36,436 nt of DNA, from NCBI RefSeq assembly GCF_004010195.1, contig NW_025214953.1, positions 19,795 to 56,230 of the forward strand. Reading direction: 5' to 3'. The DNA comes from Chiloscyllium plagiosum. Its lineage: Eukaryota. The notes beneath the pieces were generated by a model. That model ran no database searches, was not told the DNA's origin, and was given only the letters and a program-made list of their open reading frames with translations. The position numbers were made by a program, and so were the translations under genes. Below are positions 32,590 to 36,436 of the stretch, piece after piece (positions within the stretch are counted from its first letter, which is position 1; each line of letters opens with the position of its first letter).

Positions 32590-35100
32590 ATAGTGGTTGC
32601 ACGATAAGCCTCCAAATAATCAATGGGAATTAGAGGAACAAATATGCAGGGAGAGTGGCGAGACTTGCAGGAGCAATAGGGTTGTCATAAAAGGTGATTT
32701 TAATTTTCCTAAAATAGACTGGGACTTCCAGAGGGTTAAGAATTTGGATGGAAAGAAATTTGTTAAGTGTGTTCAGGAAAGTTTCCACAAGCAATATATA
32801 GAGGGTGCGACTCGGGAAGGGACAAACTCGACCTACTGTTGGGAAATAGGGTAGGATAGATGACGGAGGTAAAGTGGGGAGCATTTTGGGAAAAGCGACT
32901 AGAGCTGTATTAATTTTAAAATAGTTATGGTAGGGACAAACTTGGTCCATGGATTCAAGTTCTAAATTGGGGCAAGGCGTATATTGTCGGAATTAGACAG
33001 GGGATTGCAGGGGATGATTGGAGTAGTTTGTTTCCAGGTAAAAGGATCCCGGGAAAGTGGGAGGGCTTCAAAAGTGAGATAGCACGAGTTCAAGGGCTGT
33101 ATATTCCAGTGAGGGTGAAGGGAAAGTGAGCCTGGAAGAGAGAACCCTGGATAACAAGAAATATTGAGGCTCTGACCAGCATAAAATGGAGGCCTGGTTC
33201 AGGTACAGGCAGCTGGGACCAAGGGAATCCCTGGAGGTATACAGGGGATACAGAGCTTACGGAAGAAGGAAATCAGCAAGGCAAAAATGGAGTATGAGAT
33301 AGCCTTGGTTGAGCAGATTAGTGTGAATCCAAATTCAGTATAGGAAAGAAAAAGAACAACCAGAGAGAGAACAGGACGCCTTACATTCCAAAATGGGTAT
33401 GCATGTGTAAAACCTCAAGAGATGGGCGAAGTCCTCAATTCCCCCTCTGTGTTTACCATGAAGAAAGACATGACAACCTGTGACCTTTGGGAGGTTAATT
33501 GTCATATCTTGGTACAGTCCATATCAAAGTAGAGGTGCTGATGAACATATTAGAATGCATAAAGTCAGATAAATCTCTTGGTCCTGACAAGATATATCCA
33601 AGAGCACAGCAAGTGGCAAGCGAAGACAGTTCAGGGGCCAAGGACCCGGAAGACTGGGCGGTAACAAATGTGCCCTTATTCAAGTAGGGCTGCAAAGAAA
33701 AGCCTGCGAAATATAGAACAGTAAGCTTCATATATGTTTTCGGTAAACCACTTGAGAAGGTTCTGAGATATAACATATGCATGCATTTGGAAAGAAAGAG
33801 ATTGACTTGGAACAGTCAGCATAGCTTTTTGCGTGGTAGATCATGCCTTACCAATTTTGTTAGAGTTTTTGAGGAAGTGACCAGGAAGGTTGACAAGGGC
33901 AGGGTGGTGGACATAATCTAAATGGATTTCAGTAAGGCCTTTGATAAGGTTCCACATGGTAGGCCGCTCGAGAAGGTTAGATCGCATGGACTCAAAGGTA
34001 AACTGGCAAATTGGCGACACAATTGTCTTGATGGTATGAAGCAAATGGCTATGGTGGAGGTATGCTTGTCGGACTGGAGGTCTGTAACTAGTGGAGTGCG
34101 TCAGGGGTCGGTCCTGGGCCCATTGCTGTTTGTTATCTATATCAATGGTTTGGACCAGAGTGCACAGCACAAGGTTCGTAAGTTTACAGATGACACTAAA
34201 ATAGTAGGCATCATTTACAGTGAGGAACGTTATCAGAAATTGCAGCAGTACCTTGATCAGCTGGGGAAGTAGGCTGAGAAATAGCAAATGGAGTTTAATA
34301 TGGATAAGTGTGACGTCTTGCATTTTGGAAAGTCAAATCCAGGTAGGAGTTTAATGATGAATGAGAGGGCCTTAAGGAGTGTAGTGGAACAAAAGGACAT
34401 TGGAGATCAGGTGCACGGTTGTCTGAAATTTGAGTCACAGATACACAGGACAGTGAAGAAGGCTGTTGGCACACTGGCCTTCATCAGCACATTGAGTATA
34501 GAAGTTGGGACGTTATGTTGCAGTTGCACAGGATGTTGGTAAGGCTGCAGTTGGAGTATTGTGTTCAGTTTTGTTCACCTTGCTCTAGAAAGGGATATTA
34601 TTGAACGAGAAAGAATGTAGAAGAAATTTACAAAGATGTTTCCTGGGCTAAAGGCTCTAAGTTATAGGCAGAGATTGGACAGTTTAGAACTTATTTCTTA
34701 AACGCGTAGGAAACCTAGGGGGTTCTTATAGAAGTGTAGCCCTTATAAAATCATGAGTGGAGTGCATGGGGTGAATACTTCAATTTTTTTTCTTAACGTT
34801 GGGGAATCGAGGACTAGAGGACATCCATTAATGTTTGGAAATATAAAAAGGAAACTGAAGGGCAACGTTTTAACACAGAGCGTGGTACTCATATGGACTG
34901 AACCGTCAGTGGAAGTGATTGAGGTGAGCACAATAACAACATTGAAAAGGCATTGGGACCAATACATGGAAAGGAAAGGATTAGAGGGATACAGAGCAAG
35001 GGCAGGGAAATGGGGTGAGTCTGAATTGACATTTTGGTTGACATGGACCAGCTGGGCCAAATGGCCAGTCATGCTGGCAGTCTCGTGCAATATGACTGTA
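32590..35100 (+). mobile_element. HER1-like CR1 LINE, near full-length decayed ORF2 plus 3' end
   Basis: RVVIKGDFNFPKIDW (APE), MDFSKAFDKVPHGR, GVRQGSVLGPLLFVIYIN, KFTDDTK, MEFNMDKCDVLHFGK. Confidence 0.93.
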
Positions 35101-35334
35101 AATGAGTGTGTTTTGGGTTGGAGACGGGGGTAGGTGGGGGAGACTGAGAAAAAATGTCATGGAAGGACATGCTCACAGGTTTCAGAATGCTGAAATGAAG
35201 ACATTTCGATAGTGTCATGCAACACAGGTCAGTGCAACACGGTGCATGTGCACCTTCAGTGTAAACCGCTATGTGTGGTCTATCTAATGAGAGTTCTTTG
35301 GGACTCTATTCTATCAATGTTAGCATTTTAATTT

Positions 35335-35830
35335 TTTAACAACATTTTTTACTAAAAAATTGTTTTTTTTATTATATTAAAACAATAACAAAACAACTCA
35401 AATAACTGAACAAAATTACACCCATGTGCATGTACATACAATACAAGTTAAAGTCTCTTAACGGACTGAAGAAAAAAGAAAATAAACAATAAATAATAAA
35501 TAAATAATACGGCTCAAAATAACAAAACGATAGCTCTTGTTATTTGAGAGCATTAATTGACACACATTCATATGTTCACAATTCTCCATATGTAATTCAA
35601 TAGACAATATCATCATGGCTATATAAAAGCCCTTTTTAGAATGGCAGATAAGCCTGTATCGCGGTAATCCAAAAAGGGTTGCCATATCTTATATAAATCT
35701 GTGCTTTTTGGTGCACCATACTGGTGAGAAAGTCTAAAGGGATATTCTCCATGATGAGCTTACGAGGACCCAACAGACCCGGTGGTTTTTCAGACATCCA
35801 ACATAACAGAATATTTTTCCTAGCACAGGA
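35335..35830 (-). mobile_element. L1-clade LINE 3' end (ORF2 C-terminus, 3' UTR, A-rich tail)
   Basis: Minus strand CARKNILLCWMSEKPPGL...KLIMENIPLDFLT, then (frameshift) YKIWQPFLDY. T-runs at 35335-35370 on the + strand. Confidence 0.75.
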
Positions 35831-35834
35831 AATA

Positions 35835-36436
35835 TGGCGGAGATATTAAAGGAGTATTTTGCATCAGCATTTACTGTGGAAGACATAAAATGTAGGGAAA
35901 TAGATGGTGACACCTTGCAAAATGTCCATGTTACAGAGGAGGAAGTGCTGGATGTCTTGAAACGGGTCCCCAGGAGCTGATCAGGTACACCCTAGAACTC
36001 TGTGGGAAGCTAGAGAAGTGATTGCTGGACCTCTTGCTGAGATATTTGTAATATGGATAGTCACAGGTGAGGTGCCGGAAGACTGGATGTTGGATAACGT
36101 GGTGCCACTGTTTATGAAGGGTGGAAAGGACATGCCAGGGAACTATAGACTAGTGCACCTGAAGTTGGTGGTGGGCAAGTTGTTGGAAGGAATCCTGAGG
36201 GACAGGATATGCATGTAATTGGAAAGGCAAGGACTGATTGGGGATAGTCAACATGGCTTTGTGCGTGAGAAATCATGTCTCACAAACTTGATTGAGTTTT
36301 TTGAGGAAGTAACAAGGAAGATTGATGAGGGCAAAGGGGTAGATGTGATCTATATGGACTTCAGTAAGGGTTTTGATAATGTTCCCCATGGGAGACTGAT
36401 TATCAAGGTTAGATCTCATGGAATACCAGGAGAACT
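35835..36436 (+). mobile_element. HER1-like CR1 LINE RT N-terminal region, relatively young, runs off the window
   Basis: GEVPEDW..NVVPLF.KG..PGNYRLV, SQHGFVREKSCLTNLIEFFEEV, YMDFSKGFDNVPHGRL. Confidence 0.95.

Noticed and set aside
32590..35100. Potentially active LINE
   Set aside because: Numerous stops and frameshifts. No intact autonomous element exists anywhere in the window.

Overview
Eukaryotic genomic DNA from a cartilaginous fish. HE1/V-SINEs and HER1-type CR1 LINEs point to a shark, probably a carpet/bamboo-type shark. Most of the window is nested, decayed retroelements: two CR1 LINE lineages, an L1 3' end, HE1 and Deu-type SINEs, Penelope-like elements whose terminal repeats carry minimal hammerhead-ribozyme cores, and Gypsy (Gmr1/SCAN-type) LTR and gag remnants. 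Almost all ORFs in the track are transposon remnants or chance. Two host coding exons are recognisable. One is a 116-bp internal THSD7-family exon (+, 19390-19505). The other is the first coding exon of a shark GPR139-like GPCR (-, 26821-26644), whose large 7TM exon is not in the window. Most notable observations: (1) the THSD7 exon block lies between a 5' LTR+gag and a PPT+3' LTR of one Gypsy family, suggesting possible capture or ectopic insertion; (2) five hammerhead motifs; (3) degenerate ~42-bp minisatellites made from the CR1 3' tail; (4) a micro-inversion inside a LINE endonuclease; (5) an unexplained candidate exon at 1750-1934. Family assignments come from recalled motifs, not database searches, and repeat boundaries are approximate.
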